Below are positions 1 to 10,128 of a stretch of 64,000 nt of DNA, in pieces. The translations under genes were made by a program, and so were the position numbers. The notes below the pieces were generated by a model. That model did not search any database, was not told the origin of the DNA, and saw only the letters and a program-made list of their open reading frames with translations. Numbering within the stretch: the stretch's first letter is position 1; each line of letters begins with the position of its first letter. Source of the DNA: an uncultured Bacillota bacterium (GTDB taxonomy: Bacteria; Bacillota_I; Bacilli_A; RFN20; CAG-288). Location: the NCBI GenBank assembly GCA_949299015.1, contig CASFYT010000016.1:27066-91065 (forward strand), in the 5' to 3' direction.

Positions 1-239
1 GTGCCGTCGCGTTCCTGCAGACGCCAGCCGACGAAATAGTATCCCTCCCGCGTCGGATTCGGGATTTCCGTCTCGATCCGCGCGCCGCTTTCTCCGCTCA
101 GCGAAGCGAAATGGAAGCTCTCCGGAAAGGCTCCGCCGTTGAGGTCGAAGTGGATGGTTCCTTCCAGGTACTGGTCGCACGAAGGAAGAAGGAAGCTCGA
201 GAGAAGGCTCAGCAGAAGAACGGGTGTCTTTCTTTTCAT
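1..239 (-). CDS. Surface lipoprotein, partial (N-terminus in window, rest beyond the left edge)
   Basis: Reverse-strand translation from ATG at 239 gives MKRKTPVLLLSLLSSFLLPSC (signal peptide plus lipobox), then ...REGYYFVGW, which resembles Listeria-Bacteroides type repeats. The ORF is open to the window edge. Confidence 0.55.
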   Translation of the reverse strand, partial: MKRKTPVLLLSLLSSFLLPSCDQYLEGTIHFDLNGGAFPESFHFASLSGESGARIETEIPNPTREGYYFVGWRLQERDG

Positions 240-382
240 CGCAAATCACTCCCAAAGATAACAGCTTATTCTACTACAATTATCAAAGAAAAGACGATAG
301 TCCCGTCAAGAATCTTTCCTTCGAGCGCCGTCCGTTCCGGTTTCGGCTGAAATTCCGCCCCAAGGAAGGCTATAATGGAGTC

Positions 383-1333
383 ATGTTCCGCTTCCTCTTG
401 GATTCCACAGGGACCTCTTCGGCGACAAGCAGCTCGACGACACCGCCCAGCGACGCAAGCTTCTGGGCCGACCTCCGGGACCAGATCGTCCACTTTTTTA
501 CCGTGGACGGCGTGACGATCTTCATCCGCGTCGTCCTCGCCCTCGTCGTCCTGATCGCCGGCATCTACCTCATCAAGCTCTTCTGCCACCTCCTGAGGAA
601 ATCCCTGAAGAAGGTCCGGCGCCGCGTCGGAAAGAAGAAGGAGAAGACGAAGGAGATGGATCCTTCCGTCATCAACTTCATCGTGACGTCCCTCAAGTTC
701 TTCCTCGCCATCCTCCTCGCCCTCCTGGTCATCTACCTCCTGGGCATCCCGATGGCCGGCTTCGCCTCCATCCTCTCCTCGGCCTTCCTCGCCATCGGCC
801 TCGGCCTTCAGGACGTCATCACCAACTTCGCCAACGGCATCATCATCCTCTCCGAGGGAAACCTGAAGACCGGAGATTATGTCAGCGTGGATGGCGTAGA
901 GGGGACCATCAATAAAATTTCAATGATGAGGACTTCATTGTCAACGACAGACGGGAAGACAATCTTGATTCCAAATACAAAAATGAGCGCAGAAATCGTC
1001 ACGAACTATTCGGACGAGGAATACCGTAGGATCGCCCTCTACTTCACCTTCCGGAACGGCATCGACCTCGACGAGACCTGCGCGATGATGGAAAGGATCG
1101 CCAACAGCGTCGAGGGCGTCGTCAACCTTCCGGACCAGAAGACGTCGACGAACATCGACGACTTCAGCCAGACGCGCCCCAACTGCATTCGCATCCGCGT
1201 CGTCTTCTACATGAGGAACGAAGACTACTGGACCGTCCTCTCTGAGGCGCAGAAGGCCTTCTACAAGGAATTCCAGAAGGCGAACGTCCAGCTGGCGGAC
1301 TTCGACCAGTCCATCTACGTTCCCCGGAGCTGA
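383..1333 (+). CDS. mscS: Small-conductance mechanosensitive channel (MscS family)
   Basis: TM helices followed by GIIILSEGNLKTGDYVSVDGVEGTINKISMMRTSLSTTDGKTILIPNTKM, typical of the MscS beta-domain. The track ORF starts at 224, which would overlap the divergent lipoprotein start, so I prefer Met at 383. Confidence 0.8.
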   Translation: MFRFLLDSTGTSSATSSSTTPPSDASFWADLRDQIVHFFTVDGVTIFIRVVLALVVLIAGIYLIKLFCHLLRKSLKKVRRRVGKKKEKTKEMDPSVINFIVTSLKFFLAILLALLVIYLLGIPMAGFASILSSAFLAIGLGLQDVITNFANGIIILSEGNLKTGDYVSVDGVEGTINKISMMRTSLSTTDGKTILIPNTKMSAEIVTNYSDEEYRRIALYFTFRNGIDLDETCAMMERIANSVEGVVNLPDQKTSTNIDDFSQTRPNCIRIRVVFYMRNEDYWTVLSEAQKAFYKEFQKANVQLADFDQSIYVPRS

Positions 1334-1335
1334 GC

Positions 1336-2232
1336 ATGGACGTCCTCGCCTCGCTGATCGTTCCTATCTACCGCTTCCATCCCTATATCGCCTCCTGCCT
1401 GGACTCGCTGGAAAGACAGGACGCCTCCTTTCGCTATGAGATCCTCCTGCTCGATTTCGGAGGCGACGAGGAGGCCTCCCGACTCTGCCGGGAGAGGGAG
1501 AGGGAGAAACCCCTCCTCTATCGCTACTACCGGAGGGAGAGAAACGAAGGCGTCTCGCGGACCCGGAACGTCGGAATCCTCGCCGCACGGGGAAAGTACC
1601 TGGCCTTCGTCGACTCGGACGACGAGCTGGAGAAGGATTTCCTGAGCCTCCTCGTCTCCCTTGCCGAGAAGAAGGAGGCGGACATCGCCGTCGCAGGCTA
1701 CTTCCTGCAGAAGGGAAGGAAGAAGCGGAGAGGCTATTCGAGGCTGAGGAAGGAGGGAAAGGGAAAGGCCTTCCTCTGCCATCTCCTGAAGAGTCCGTTC
1801 CTGCGGCAGAGGACCTTCGTCTGGGGCAAGGTCTATCGCCGGTCGATGCTCCGGGAAGGAGGAATCTTCCTCCCGCCGCTTACGACGTACGAAGACCTCC
1901 CCTTCACCTACCAGGCCCTCCTCCATGCCCGGAAGGTCGTCAGCATCCGCAAGCCCCTCTATCGCTATCGGCAGTGGGAAGGGTCGGTGATGGCAAGGAA
2001 GAAGGACTCTGTCCTCCAGAGCCACCTCCAGGCCTTCCTCGCCGGAAAGGACCTCCTCGCGAAGGAAGACCCGGCCCTCGCCCGTTCCCTCTTCGCCCGC
2101 CGGAGGTTGGCCGTCACGCTCCAGCTTCGCTTCGACGCCCGGCAGGACATCCGCAACGGCAAGGACCCCGCCGAGAGCCGCCTCGAATACCGTCGGGCCG
2201 TGAACCGAATCTACGGGAGGGAGAGGACATGA
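1336..2232 (+). CDS. Glycosyltransferase family 2
   Basis: SLIVPIYRFHPYIASCLDSLERQ ... RNVGILAARGKYLAFVDSDDEL (GT-A fold with DxD motif). Confidence 0.8.
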   Translation: MDVLASLIVPIYRFHPYIASCLDSLERQDASFRYEILLLDFGGDEEASRLCREREREKPLLYRYYRRERNEGVSRTRNVGILAARGKYLAFVDSDDELEKDFLSLLVSLAEKKEADIAVAGYFLQKGRKKRRGYSRLRKEGKGKAFLCHLLKSPFLRQRTFVWGKVYRRSMLREGGIFLPPLTTYEDLPFTYQALLHARKVVSIRKPLYRYRQWEGSVMARKKDSVLQSHLQAFLAGKDLLAKEDPALARSLFARRRLAVTLQLRFDARQDIRNGKDPAESRLEYRRAVNRIYGRERT

Positions 2233-3119
2233 ACCAGGAGACGAAGAGAAAGATCTGGGAGACCCTTTATGAAAAGCGGGATCCGCGCGGCATCAAGAGC
2301 GACTTCGGACGCACGCTGATGATCGGCGGTTCCTTCGACTATCCCGGCGCCATCGCCATCGCCTCCTCCTACGCCGCCCTCTCCGGAACCTCCTTCCAGG
2401 CCCTCGCCGTCCCCAAGGAGATCCATTCCGTCGTCTTCTCCAAGGTCGACGCGACCGTCGTCGGAGAGTCCTTCCACCAGACGGAAGGATCCTTCCTCTT
2501 CGACGAAAAGGCGAAGGAGATCCTGAGCCGCGCGACGAGCGTCCTGATCGGAAACGGCATCGCCCGGACGAAGGAGAACGGCGCCTTCCTCTCCAAGCTC
2601 CTCCACTTCTACGCCGGAAACCTCGTCATCGACGCGACCGGCCTGACGCTTCTCGCCGACGAAGGGAGCCAAAGCCTGCTCCATCGGAACGAGGAATGCC
2701 ACGTCGTCCTGACGCCCCACCTTGGCGAAGCGCGAAGCCTCTTGAGATGCGAGAACCTCGGACGGGAGAGCGGACGCTACGTCGAAAGGGCCAGGGCGTA
2801 CTGCCAGCGATACGGCGTCACCCTCCTCCTGAAGTCCTAGTCCTCCGTCGTCGTCGACGCCCAGGAATCCCTGGCCCTCGACGAAGAGCCGACCTCCGCC
2901 CTCGGCAAGGCCGGTTCCGGGGATGCCCTGGCCGGATTCCTCGCCGGCCTCCTCTCCTACGGGACGAAGTCGTTCTCCCTCTTCGACCTGACCTCCTTCG
3001 CCAGCGAGATGATCCACCAGGCCGCAAAAAAGGCCGAGGAGGAAATCCCCGGCGCTCTGCTGGACGTCCTGTCCATCCGTCCCGTCCTGCGTCAGATCCT
3101 GGCGTCCTACAGCCGGTAG
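2229..3119 (+). pseudogene. nnrD: ADP-dependent NAD(P)H-hydrate dehydratase (YjeF C-terminal type) interrupted by one in-frame TAG at 2838..2840
   Basis: MNQETKRKIWE...GRTLMIGGSFDYPGAIAIAS...VTLLLKS-TAG-SSVVVD...ALGKAGSGDALAGFLAGLLSYG continues in the same frame to TAG at 3117..3119. The conserved GSGD motif lies after the stop. Confidence 0.7.
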
Positions 3120-4609
3120 AGCGAAGCGAACTTGCGCTTGAGATAGAGGACGTAGTCGTCGGCGGAAAACGGCCTTCCCGTGATCTGCTCGATCCAGGGC
3201 TTCGTGTCGAGAAGGGCGGCTCTTGAAAAGACGTTTTGCTTCATCCAATTCAGGATGGATTTCATGTCTCCTTTTGCGATTTCCTCTTCCGCCGGAATTT
3301 GTTCCTTCATCTTCTCAAAGTACATCGCCCCGAGGGCATTGCCCATCGCATAGGTCGGGAAATAGCCGAATCCGGACGTCCAGTGGACGTCCTGGAGAAT
3401 CCCCTGGAGAGCGTCGGGAACGCGAACGCCCAGGATCTCCTCATAGAGGGCGTTCCACCGCCGATCCAGCCCGTCCGTCTCGGCCTTCCCCTCCATCAGG
3501 TCCTTCTCCAGCCGATAGCGGATCAGGATGTGGAGCGAATAGGTCAGCTCGTCCGCCTCGATGCGGATCGGATTGTCCAGATGGACGGCGTTGACCCCTT
3601 CGTAGAGCTCCTCCTCCGAGACGTCGGACATCTCCTCGGCGAAGAGGGAGTGGAAGAGCGGGTAGATCCGATGGATGTAGCTGCGTCCTCGGCCGATCAG
3701 GTTCTCGTAGAAGCGCGAGACCGATTCGTGCTTGGCCATCGTCAGGCTTCCCTCTCCCAGATGGGAGGAAAAGACCTCTCCGGGAAGGTTCTGGCCGAAC
3801 AGGGCATGGCCTCCTTCGTGGACGATCGAATAGAGGTTTGAGGAAAAGCTGTTCACGTCGTAGTGCGTCGTGACGCGGACGTCGTCCTTTCCGATCTGGC
3901 TGGTGAAGGGATGGATGGTCGTCGCCAGGGCGCCCCGCTCGAAGTCGAAGCCGTTGAGCTCGAGCAAAAGCCGCGAGAATTCCTCCTGCTTGTGGATCGG
4001 AACCGGGCGAGATAGGAAGTCTTCGCGGGGCCGGTAGGAACAAAGGCGGATCCTTCTCAGCAGGGGGACGATCTCTTCCGCCAAGGTCCGGAAGAAGGCG
4101 TCCAGCTCCTCCTGGCGGAAGCCGTATTCATAGTCGTCGATCAGGGACTGGTAGGGATGCTCCGGATCGTAGTCCTCGCGCAGGGAGACCAGCTTCCGGG
4201 ACAGGGAGACGATGCGGGAGAGGGAAGGGGCGAAGAGGCCGTAGTCCTTCTCCTGGCGCGCCTTCGTCCAGAGTCGAAAGGCATCCTGCTGGGCCTGGCT
4301 CCATTCGCTCTGCAGCTCGGGCGTGACCGACTCGTTCCTCCTCATCTCGCGGGAAAGCAGGACCAGGAGGCGCTCGGCATAGGCGTCCAGCCCTCCCTCC
4401 TTCCTGAGCTCCCGGACCAGACGACGGAATTCGTCGCTCTTCTCGATCTTGTAGATCTCCTCGCTCAGGAAGACGATGTCCCGGCCGTCTTCCTCCTGTC
4501 CCTTGGGAGGACAGACGGTCTCGTTGTCGAAGGAAAGGACGGAAAGGATATGCTGCATCTGCTCGATCCGGCCCAAGAGTTCCTGAAGCCGATTCCATTT
4601 TTCGTTCAT
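3107..4609 (-). CDS. Carboxypeptidase Taq-type metallopeptidase (M32)
   Basis: IHPFTSQIG, DVRVTTHY, HEGGHALF (HExxH) and HESVSRFYEN motifs over a 500-aa length. Confidence 0.9.
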   Translation of the reverse strand: MNEKWNRLQELLGRIEQMQHILSVLSFDNETVCPPKGQEEDGRDIVFLSEEIYKIEKSDEFRRLVRELRKEGGLDAYAERLLVLLSREMRRNESVTPELQSEWSQAQQDAFRLWTKARQEKDYGLFAPSLSRIVSLSRKLVSLREDYDPEHPYQSLIDDYEYGFRQEELDAFFRTLAEEIVPLLRRIRLCSYRPREDFLSRPVPIHKQEEFSRLLLELNGFDFERGALATTIHPFTSQIGKDDVRVTTHYDVNSFSSNLYSIVHEGGHALFGQNLPGEVFSSHLGEGSLTMAKHESVSRFYENLIGRGRSYIHRIYPLFHSLFAEEMSDVSEEELYEGVNAVHLDNPIRIEADELTYSLHILIRYRLEKDLMEGKAETDGLDRRWNALYEEILGVRVPDALQGILQDVHWTSGFGYFPTYAMGNALGAMYFEKMKEQIPAEEEIAKGDMKSILNWMKQNVFSRAALLDTKPWIEQITGRPFSADDYVLYLKRKFASLYRL

Positions 4610-4723
4610 CGCGTAGGCCTCGCTTTCTTCCCCTCTAGTCTATCGCAAAACGAGTCGGATTTCTGTTGACATCGAAAGGCAAAAGGCTATATTGGTGGTG
4701 CCCTTTTCCATCGGAGGAATTTA

Positions 4724-5962
4724 ATGCTCGTATCGCTTCTGATCATCATCTACGTCACGTTCGTCGCCCTCGGCCTGCCCGACTCCACGCTCGGCTCCTC
4801 GTTCCCGGCCATCGCCGACAACCTCGGCGTCTCGGCGGACATGGCGGGATACCTCTCCCCCATCGTCTCCTGCGGCACCATCCTCTCCTCGCTCTTCTCG
4901 GCAAAGCTGATCGCCCGCTTCAAGACGCAGTACGTCACCTCCTTCTCCATCCTCCTGACCGCCCTGGCCCTGCTTTCCTTCTCCTTCGTGCAGAGCGACT
5001 ACGTCTGGGCCTTCTATCCCATCGCCCTCGTCCTGGGCCTGGGAGCCGGCGGCGTCGACGCCGCCCTCAACAACTACGTCGCGCTGCACTACAAGGCCAT
5101 CCACATGAACTGGCTCCATTGCTCCTGGGGCGTCGGGGCCTCGATCTCCCCCTTCATCGTCGGCGCCTTCATCGACTCCGGGAACGACTCCGCAGGCTGG
5201 GAAACCGGAATCCTGACCGTCAGCATCCTGCTCTTCGCCGTGACGCTCCTGCTCTTTCTGACCCTTCCCCTCTGGAACAGGGCCCAGGCCAGGAAGACGA
5301 AGGAAGAGGTGGAGGAAGAGAGCAAGGCCTTCTCCTACCGGAGCCTCTTCACCAATCCGGTCTTCTACCTAGCCATGCTGGGATTCTTCTGCTACTGCGC
5401 CATGGAGAACACCACCGGCCTCTGGCTTTCGACCTACCTCCATCAGGAGAAGGAGATCGACACCTCCCTCGCCGCGACCCTGGCCTCGACCTTCTACCTC
5501 GGCATCACGGCCGGACGCTTCGTCTGCGGCCCCCTGTCCCTGAAGATCCGCGAGAAGAACATGATCCGCATCGGGGAGCTGATCGCCCTCGTCGGCGTCC
5601 TCCTGACCCTGATGCCCTTCCACAGCGCCTTTGCCATCACCGGCTTCATCGTGACGGGAATCGGCTGCGCCCCGATCTATCCCGCCATCATCCGCTCGAC
5701 GCCCTATCGCTTCTCCAAGGGCGCCTCCCAGAAGGCGATGGGCCTGGAGATGGCCATCGCCTACGTCGGAAACCTCTCCGTCCCGCCCCTCTTCGCCCTG
5801 ACCGCCAGCCTGCTGGGAGACAACTACGCACCTCTTCCCTACTTCACCCTCGCCCTCGTCCTCGTCATGATCCTCTGCCACGAGGCCATCAACTTCCGCC
5901 TCAAGCGCCGCGACGAAGGCCTCACCGAGGAAGAAAGGAAGGAATACCTTGTCACCGGATAG
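4724..5962 (+). CDS. MFS transporter
   Basis: 412 aa with about 12 hydrophobic segments and a central charged loop (RAQARKTKEEVEEE). GGAGG RBS before the ATG. Confidence 0.8.
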   Translation: MLVSLLIIIYVTFVALGLPDSTLGSSFPAIADNLGVSADMAGYLSPIVSCGTILSSLFSAKLIARFKTQYVTSFSILLTALALLSFSFVQSDYVWAFYPIALVLGLGAGGVDAALNNYVALHYKAIHMNWLHCSWGVGASISPFIVGAFIDSGNDSAGWETGILTVSILLFAVTLLLFLTLPLWNRAQARKTKEEVEEESKAFSYRSLFTNPVFYLAMLGFFCYCAMENTTGLWLSTYLHQEKEIDTSLAATLASTFYLGITAGRFVCGPLSLKIREKNMIRIGELIALVGVLLTLMPFHSAFAITGFIVTGIGCAPIYPAIIRSTPYRFSKGASQKAMGLEMAIAYVGNLSVPPLFALTASLLGDNYAPLPYFTLALVLVMILCHEAINFRLKRRDEGLTEEERKEYLVTG

Positions 5963-6998
5963 AAAGATCGTCATCGACGTCCTCTCCCATGCGACCAGCG
6001 CCCCCGCCCAAGGCGTCGGATCGGCCTATCTCGAGCAGACACGCCTTTTGGAAGAGCTCGGAAGGGATCTCTTCACGCTGCGCTACAACAAAAGCGCCCG
6101 GAAGGCCGACCTCGTCCACGTCCATTCCGTCAATCCCGACTTCTATTTTCGGATGAACCGGAAGAACCTCTCCGTCTGCTACGTCCACTTCCTTCCCGAG
6201 ACGCTGAAGGGATCGATCCGGCTCCCCCGGTTCCTCTTCTCCCTCTTCTGCCGCTACGTGGTCTCCTTCTATCGTCGGGCGAAGGAGATCGTCGTGGTCA
6301 ACCCCTCCTTCGTCGAACCGCTGGAAAGGATTGGAATTCCAAAGGAACGAATCACGTACATTCCGAACTTCGTCGATGAAAGGGTCTTCCATCCTGTTTC
6401 ATCAGAAGAAAAGCGCTCCTTGAGGAAGGGAAGGGGGATTCCCGAAGGTTCCTTTGTCGTCCTCGCCGTCGGACAGGTGCAGACCCGCAAGGGCGTCCTG
6501 GACTTCCTGAAGGTCGCCGACGAGAATCCCGACCTCTTCTTCCTCTGGCTTGGAGGATTCTCCTTCAAGGGGATCACCGACGGCTATCCCATCCTGAGGA
6601 AGGAGATGGAGAAGAAGAGGAAGAACGTCCTCTTCGCCGGGATCGTCGACCGAAAGAAGATGCCGGAATACTATCAGCTCAGCGACGCCTTCTTCCTGCC
6701 CAGCTACAGCGAACTCTTCCCGATGTCCCTCCTGGAGGCCTGCTCGACGGGCCTTCCCTACCTCGTCCGCGACCTCGACCTGTACCATCCCATCCTCTTG
6801 GGAGACTATAGGCGCGGGAAGGACTGCGACGAGTTCGGCGCGATCCTTCGCCGCCTGTCCCAGGACAGGGAGGAATACCTTGCGGCGCAGGAACTCTCCT
6901 TCCGGATGCGGGAGAAATACAACCGAGGAGCCGTCTATCGGCAGTGGAAGGACTATTATCTCGGCCTCCTGAAGAAATACGGGCGCAGGCCCTCCTGA
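5949..6998 (+). CDS. Glycosyltransferase family 4 (GT-B), possible glycolipid synthase
   Basis: IDVLSHATSAPAQGVGSAYLEQ N-terminus. C-terminal ...FFLPSYSELFPMSLLEACSTGLPYLV carries the EX7E-type motif. TTG start with an AAGGAAGG RBS. Confidence 0.75.
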   Translation: MSPDRKIVIDVLSHATSAPAQGVGSAYLEQTRLLEELGRDLFTLRYNKSARKADLVHVHSVNPDFYFRMNRKNLSVCYVHFLPETLKGSIRLPRFLFSLFCRYVVSFYRRAKEIVVVNPSFVEPLERIGIPKERITYIPNFVDERVFHPVSSEEKRSLRKGRGIPEGSFVVLAVGQVQTRKGVLDFLKVADENPDLFFLWLGGFSFKGITDGYPILRKEMEKKRKNVLFAGIVDRKKMPEYYQLSDAFFLPSYSELFPMSLLEACSTGLPYLVRDLDLYHPILLGDYRRGKDCDEFGAILRRLSQDREEYLAAQELSFRMREKYNRGAVYRQWKDYYLGLLKKYGRRPS

Positions 6999-7170
6999 CG
7001 CAGGGAAATCCCCTTTCCACATCCTTTTTCTGTCCAAAGCAAAGCGTTCGACGGCACCCTTTGAGCCTTCCCGGAAGGGAGGAGCGGAGGTCTTTCTTTG
7101 ATTTTGGTAGGGATGCGCTCCTCTCTTATGCTAAAATAACCCGGTATCAAGAAAAGAAAGAGGTCAAAGA

Positions 7171-9375
7171 ATGAAACGAGTCTTCACACGCGAGTTCTTC
7201 GGCAAGACGCTCAGCGTCGAAGTCGGGGAAATCGCCAAGCAGGCCGATGGGTCCTGCTTCGTCCGCTTCAACGACACCGCCGTCCTCTGCGCCGTCTGCG
7301 GCGCCAAGGAGGCGAAGCTGGGGCAGGACTTCTTCCCCCTCACCGTCAACTACTTCGAAAGGCAGTACGCCGCCGGAAAGATCCCGGGTTCCTTCCTTCG
7401 TCGGGAAGGACGCCAGAGCTACCGCGAGACGCTCTTCTCCCGCCTCATCGACCGCCCGATCCGCCCGATGTTTCCGGAAGGATACGTCAATGAGACGCAG
7501 GTGACCGCCACGGTCATGTCCGCGGACCTGGACGCCTCCCCGGAGATGACGGCGATGTTCGGATCCTCCCTCGCCCTCTGCATCTCCGACATCCCCTTCG
7601 AGGGACCGATCGCCGGCGTTCGCGTCGGACGCGTCGACGGAAAGTTCGTCATCGACCCGAGCGTGGAGGAAGAGAAGAGATCGGACATCAACCTGGCCGT
7701 CGCCGGAACGGAGGAGGCCATCAACATGGTCGAGGCCGGTGCCGCCGAGGTCTCCGAGGAAGACATGCTCGACGCCCTGATGTTCGGCCACGAAGCCATC
7801 AAGGAGCTCTGCCGCTTCCAGAAGGAGATCGCCAAGGAGGTCGGTAAGGAAAAGCGTCCGCTCAACATCTACAAGATCGACGAGGAGTTCGCCTCCTTCT
7901 GCCGCAACTACGTCGCTCCCGGACAGAGCGAGACCCAGGAACAGCGCCTCATCAAGGCCGTCTCCATCTTTGACAAGCTGGAGAGGCAGAACACCATCGA
8001 CGCCCTGGAGAAGGAAGTCATCGACATCATCGACGCCCGCGAATACAAGACGGAGAAGCTTCACGACATCGCCGTCAGCGAAGCGAAGGAAGTCCTGGAG
8101 CAGGTCGTCCGCGGCGAGGTCCGCCGCCTGATCACGGTCGACAAGGTTCGTCCCGACGGCCGCAAGGTCGACGAGATCCGTCCTCTCGACGCCCAGGTCC
8201 ACCTCCTTCCGAGGGCCCACGGTTCGGCCCTCTTCACCCGTGGCCAGACCCAGGTCCTTTCGGCCTGCACCCTCGGCCCCCTCGAAGACGAGCAGATCAT
8301 CGACGACATCACCGGCGACTCCCTCAAGCGCTGGATGCATCACTACAACTTCCCGCCCTTCTCGGTCGGCGAACTCGGCCGCATGGGCACGCCGGGAAGA
8401 AGGGAAATCGGACACGGAACCCTCGGCGAGAGGGCCCTCTCCTACGTCCTTCCCTCGGAAGACGACTTCCCCTATACGATCCGCTGCGTCGCCGACGTCT
8501 GCGAATCCAACGGCTCTTCGTCCCAGGCCTCGATCTGCGCCTCCTGCATGGCGCTGATGGATGCCGGCGTTCCCATCAAGGCTCCGGTCTCCGGCATCGC
8601 CATGGGCCTGATCACTTCCGGCCCGCTGGACGGAAACCATCCCTACACCATCCTGACCGACATCCAGGGCATGGAAGACCATCTCGGCGACATGGACTTC
8701 AAGGTCGCCGGCACGCCCAACGGCATCACGGCCCTCCAGATGGACATCAAGATCCGCGGCATCACCAAGGACGTCCTCCGCGAAGCCCTTGCCCAGAGCA
8801 AGCCCGCCCGCAAGCAGATTCTCGACGTCATGCTCGCCGCCATCCCCGCCCCGAAGACCGAGCTCTCGGAATACGCCCTCAAGATGAAGCGGTTCAGCAT
8901 CCTTCCCGACAAGATCCGCGAAGTCATCGGCAGCCAGGGCAAGGTCATCAACGGCATCATCAAGGATTGCGACAACGACGTCAAGATCGACATCAACGAC
9001 GACGGCCGCGTCATCATCTATTCCGTCCACTCGGCCTCCATCGAGAAGGCCTACGGCATGATCCAGTCCATTGCCCGCGTCCCGCAGGTCGGGGAAGTCT
9101 ACGACGCCAAGGTCGTCCGCATCGAAAGCTACGGCGCCTTCGTCAACCTCTTCGGCAACACGGATGCGCTCTGCCACGTCTCCAAGCTCGACTGGAAGCG
9201 CGTGGAGAAGGTGGAGGACGTCTGCCGCCTCGGCGATACCCTCAAGGTCATCGTCACGGGCATCGACGCCCAGGGCCGGGTCGACGTCTCGCACCGCGAA
9301 TTCCTCCCCAAGCCGGAAGGATACGTGGAAAGGCCGGATCGTCCTCGTCCGCACAACAAGTTCTCGAAGCGCTGA
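7171..9375 (+). CDS. pnp: Polynucleotide phosphorylase
   Basis: Two RNase PH domains, a KH domain and a C-terminal S1 domain (VGEVYDAKVVRIESYGAFVNL). 734 aa. Confidence 0.97.
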   Translation: MKRVFTREFFGKTLSVEVGEIAKQADGSCFVRFNDTAVLCAVCGAKEAKLGQDFFPLTVNYFERQYAAGKIPGSFLRREGRQSYRETLFSRLIDRPIRPMFPEGYVNETQVTATVMSADLDASPEMTAMFGSSLALCISDIPFEGPIAGVRVGRVDGKFVIDPSVEEEKRSDINLAVAGTEEAINMVEAGAAEVSEEDMLDALMFGHEAIKELCRFQKEIAKEVGKEKRPLNIYKIDEEFASFCRNYVAPGQSETQEQRLIKAVSIFDKLERQNTIDALEKEVIDIIDAREYKTEKLHDIAVSEAKEVLEQVVRGEVRRLITVDKVRPDGRKVDEIRPLDAQVHLLPRAHGSALFTRGQTQVLSACTLGPLEDEQIIDDITGDSLKRWMHHYNFPPFSVGELGRMGTPGRREIGHGTLGERALSYVLPSEDDFPYTIRCVADVCESNGSSSQASICASCMALMDAGVPIKAPVSGIAMGLITSGPLDGNHPYTILTDIQGMEDHLGDMDFKVAGTPNGITALQMDIKIRGITKDVLREALAQSKPARKQILDVMLAAIPAPKTELSEYALKMKRFSILPDKIREVIGSQGKVINGIIKDCDNDVKIDINDDGRVIIYSVHSASIEKAYGMIQSIARVPQVGEVYDAKVVRIESYGAFVNLFGNTDALCHVSKLDWKRVEKVEDVCRLGDTLKVIVTGIDAQGRVDVSHREFLPKPEGYVERPDRPRPHNKFSKR

Positions 9376-9386
9376 GGAATAGAACG

Positions 9387-9414
9387 GGAGCCGACGTCCG
9401 TCGGCTCCTTTTTT
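9387..9414. terminator. Rho-independent terminator between the convergent pnp and sigma-factor genes
   Basis: GGAGCCGAC-GTCC-GTCGGCTCC hairpin followed by TTTTTT. Confidence 0.7.
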
Positions 9415-10085
9415 CATATCTGCTTGTTCCGGGCGCAGTTGCGAAGCTCCGCGACCATCTGCCGGATCTTGTTCGAGACCGACGAGGGCGAAAGGGAGAC
9501 GCGGCGGGAGATCTCCCGCAACGTACACTGGTCGTCGAACATCCGCAGGATCTTTCTCTCCCTCAGGCTCAGCCGTTCCCGATAGCGGGCGAAGTCGATC
9601 TCGAAGCGCTGGCGCTCCTCCGAGGAGGGAACGCTGTCGGAGAAGAGGATGTCGCCCTGGGCGCGAGGATGTTCGGGAACGTACGGCACGACCTTCCTCT
9701 TCCGGCTTTCGAAGTCCCGGGCAAAGCGGTCCAGCCCCTTTTTGCAGACGACGAGGAACAGGTTCAGGAACGGGCCGCGGGTGGGATCGTACTTTCGGAC
9801 GGCGACGTCGAGGCACTCTTCGACCTTGGCGTCCACCAAATACGCAAGGCAATGGATCCGCTTCATGTACCGTCGGACGATCACATCGGTGACCGGCTTG
9901 AGCTTCGCCGACAAGGCCGTCACGCCATCTTTCTTCTTTTTGGCAAGGATTGCAAGTTCGTCCAAGGAAAATCCGATGAATCCATAACAGTCGTCAAGGT
10001 TCTCCTTCCGACATAGGGAACGATGGATGTCCACGGAAAAGGCGGAAAGCGGGCAGACGTAAAACTCCCTTTGCTGAATCGACAT
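9414..10085 (-). CDS. Divergent SigH-like sigma-70 family factor
   Basis: C-terminal region-4 helix-turn-helix LSLRERKILRMFDDQCTLREISRRVSLSPSSVSNKIRQM. It sits directly downstream of rlmB, as sigH does in Bacilli. AAGGAGAGG RBS before the ATG at 10085. Confidence 0.6.
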   Translation of the reverse strand: MSIQQREFYVCPLSAFSVDIHRSLCRKENLDDCYGFIGFSLDELAILAKKKKDGVTALSAKLKPVTDVIVRRYMKRIHCLAYLVDAKVEECLDVAVRKYDPTRGPFLNLFLVVCKKGLDRFARDFESRKRKVVPYVPEHPRAQGDILFSDSVPSSEERQRFEIDFARYRERLSLRERKILRMFDDQCTLREISRRVSLSPSSVSNKIRQMVAELRNCARNKQI

Positions 10086-10128
10086 GTCCTCTCCTTTCTG
10101 CGATGATCGCAAGTCTTTGGATAAAGGG

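Noticed and set aside
224-382. Upstream extension of the mscS ORF (track start 224)
   Set aside because: It would overlap the start of the divergent lipoprotein gene (ATG at 239). It encodes an AT-rich, non-hydrophobic peptide unlike MscS N-termini. The Met at 383 follows a purine-rich RBS-like stretch.
2838-2840. TAG recoding (pyrrolysine or a reassigned stop) as the explanation for the nnrD interruption
   Set aside because: TAG terminates other well-supported genes at positions consistent with family lengths: the carboxypeptidase at 3107 and the helicase at 24738. No pyl genes are visible, and this is the only such case in the window.
7147-9852. 901-aa ORF antisense to pnp
   Set aside because: It is a shadow ORF typical of GC-rich DNA. 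Its translation is R/G/D/E/A-rich low complexity with no motifs, while the opposite strand encodes an unmistakable full-length PNPase.
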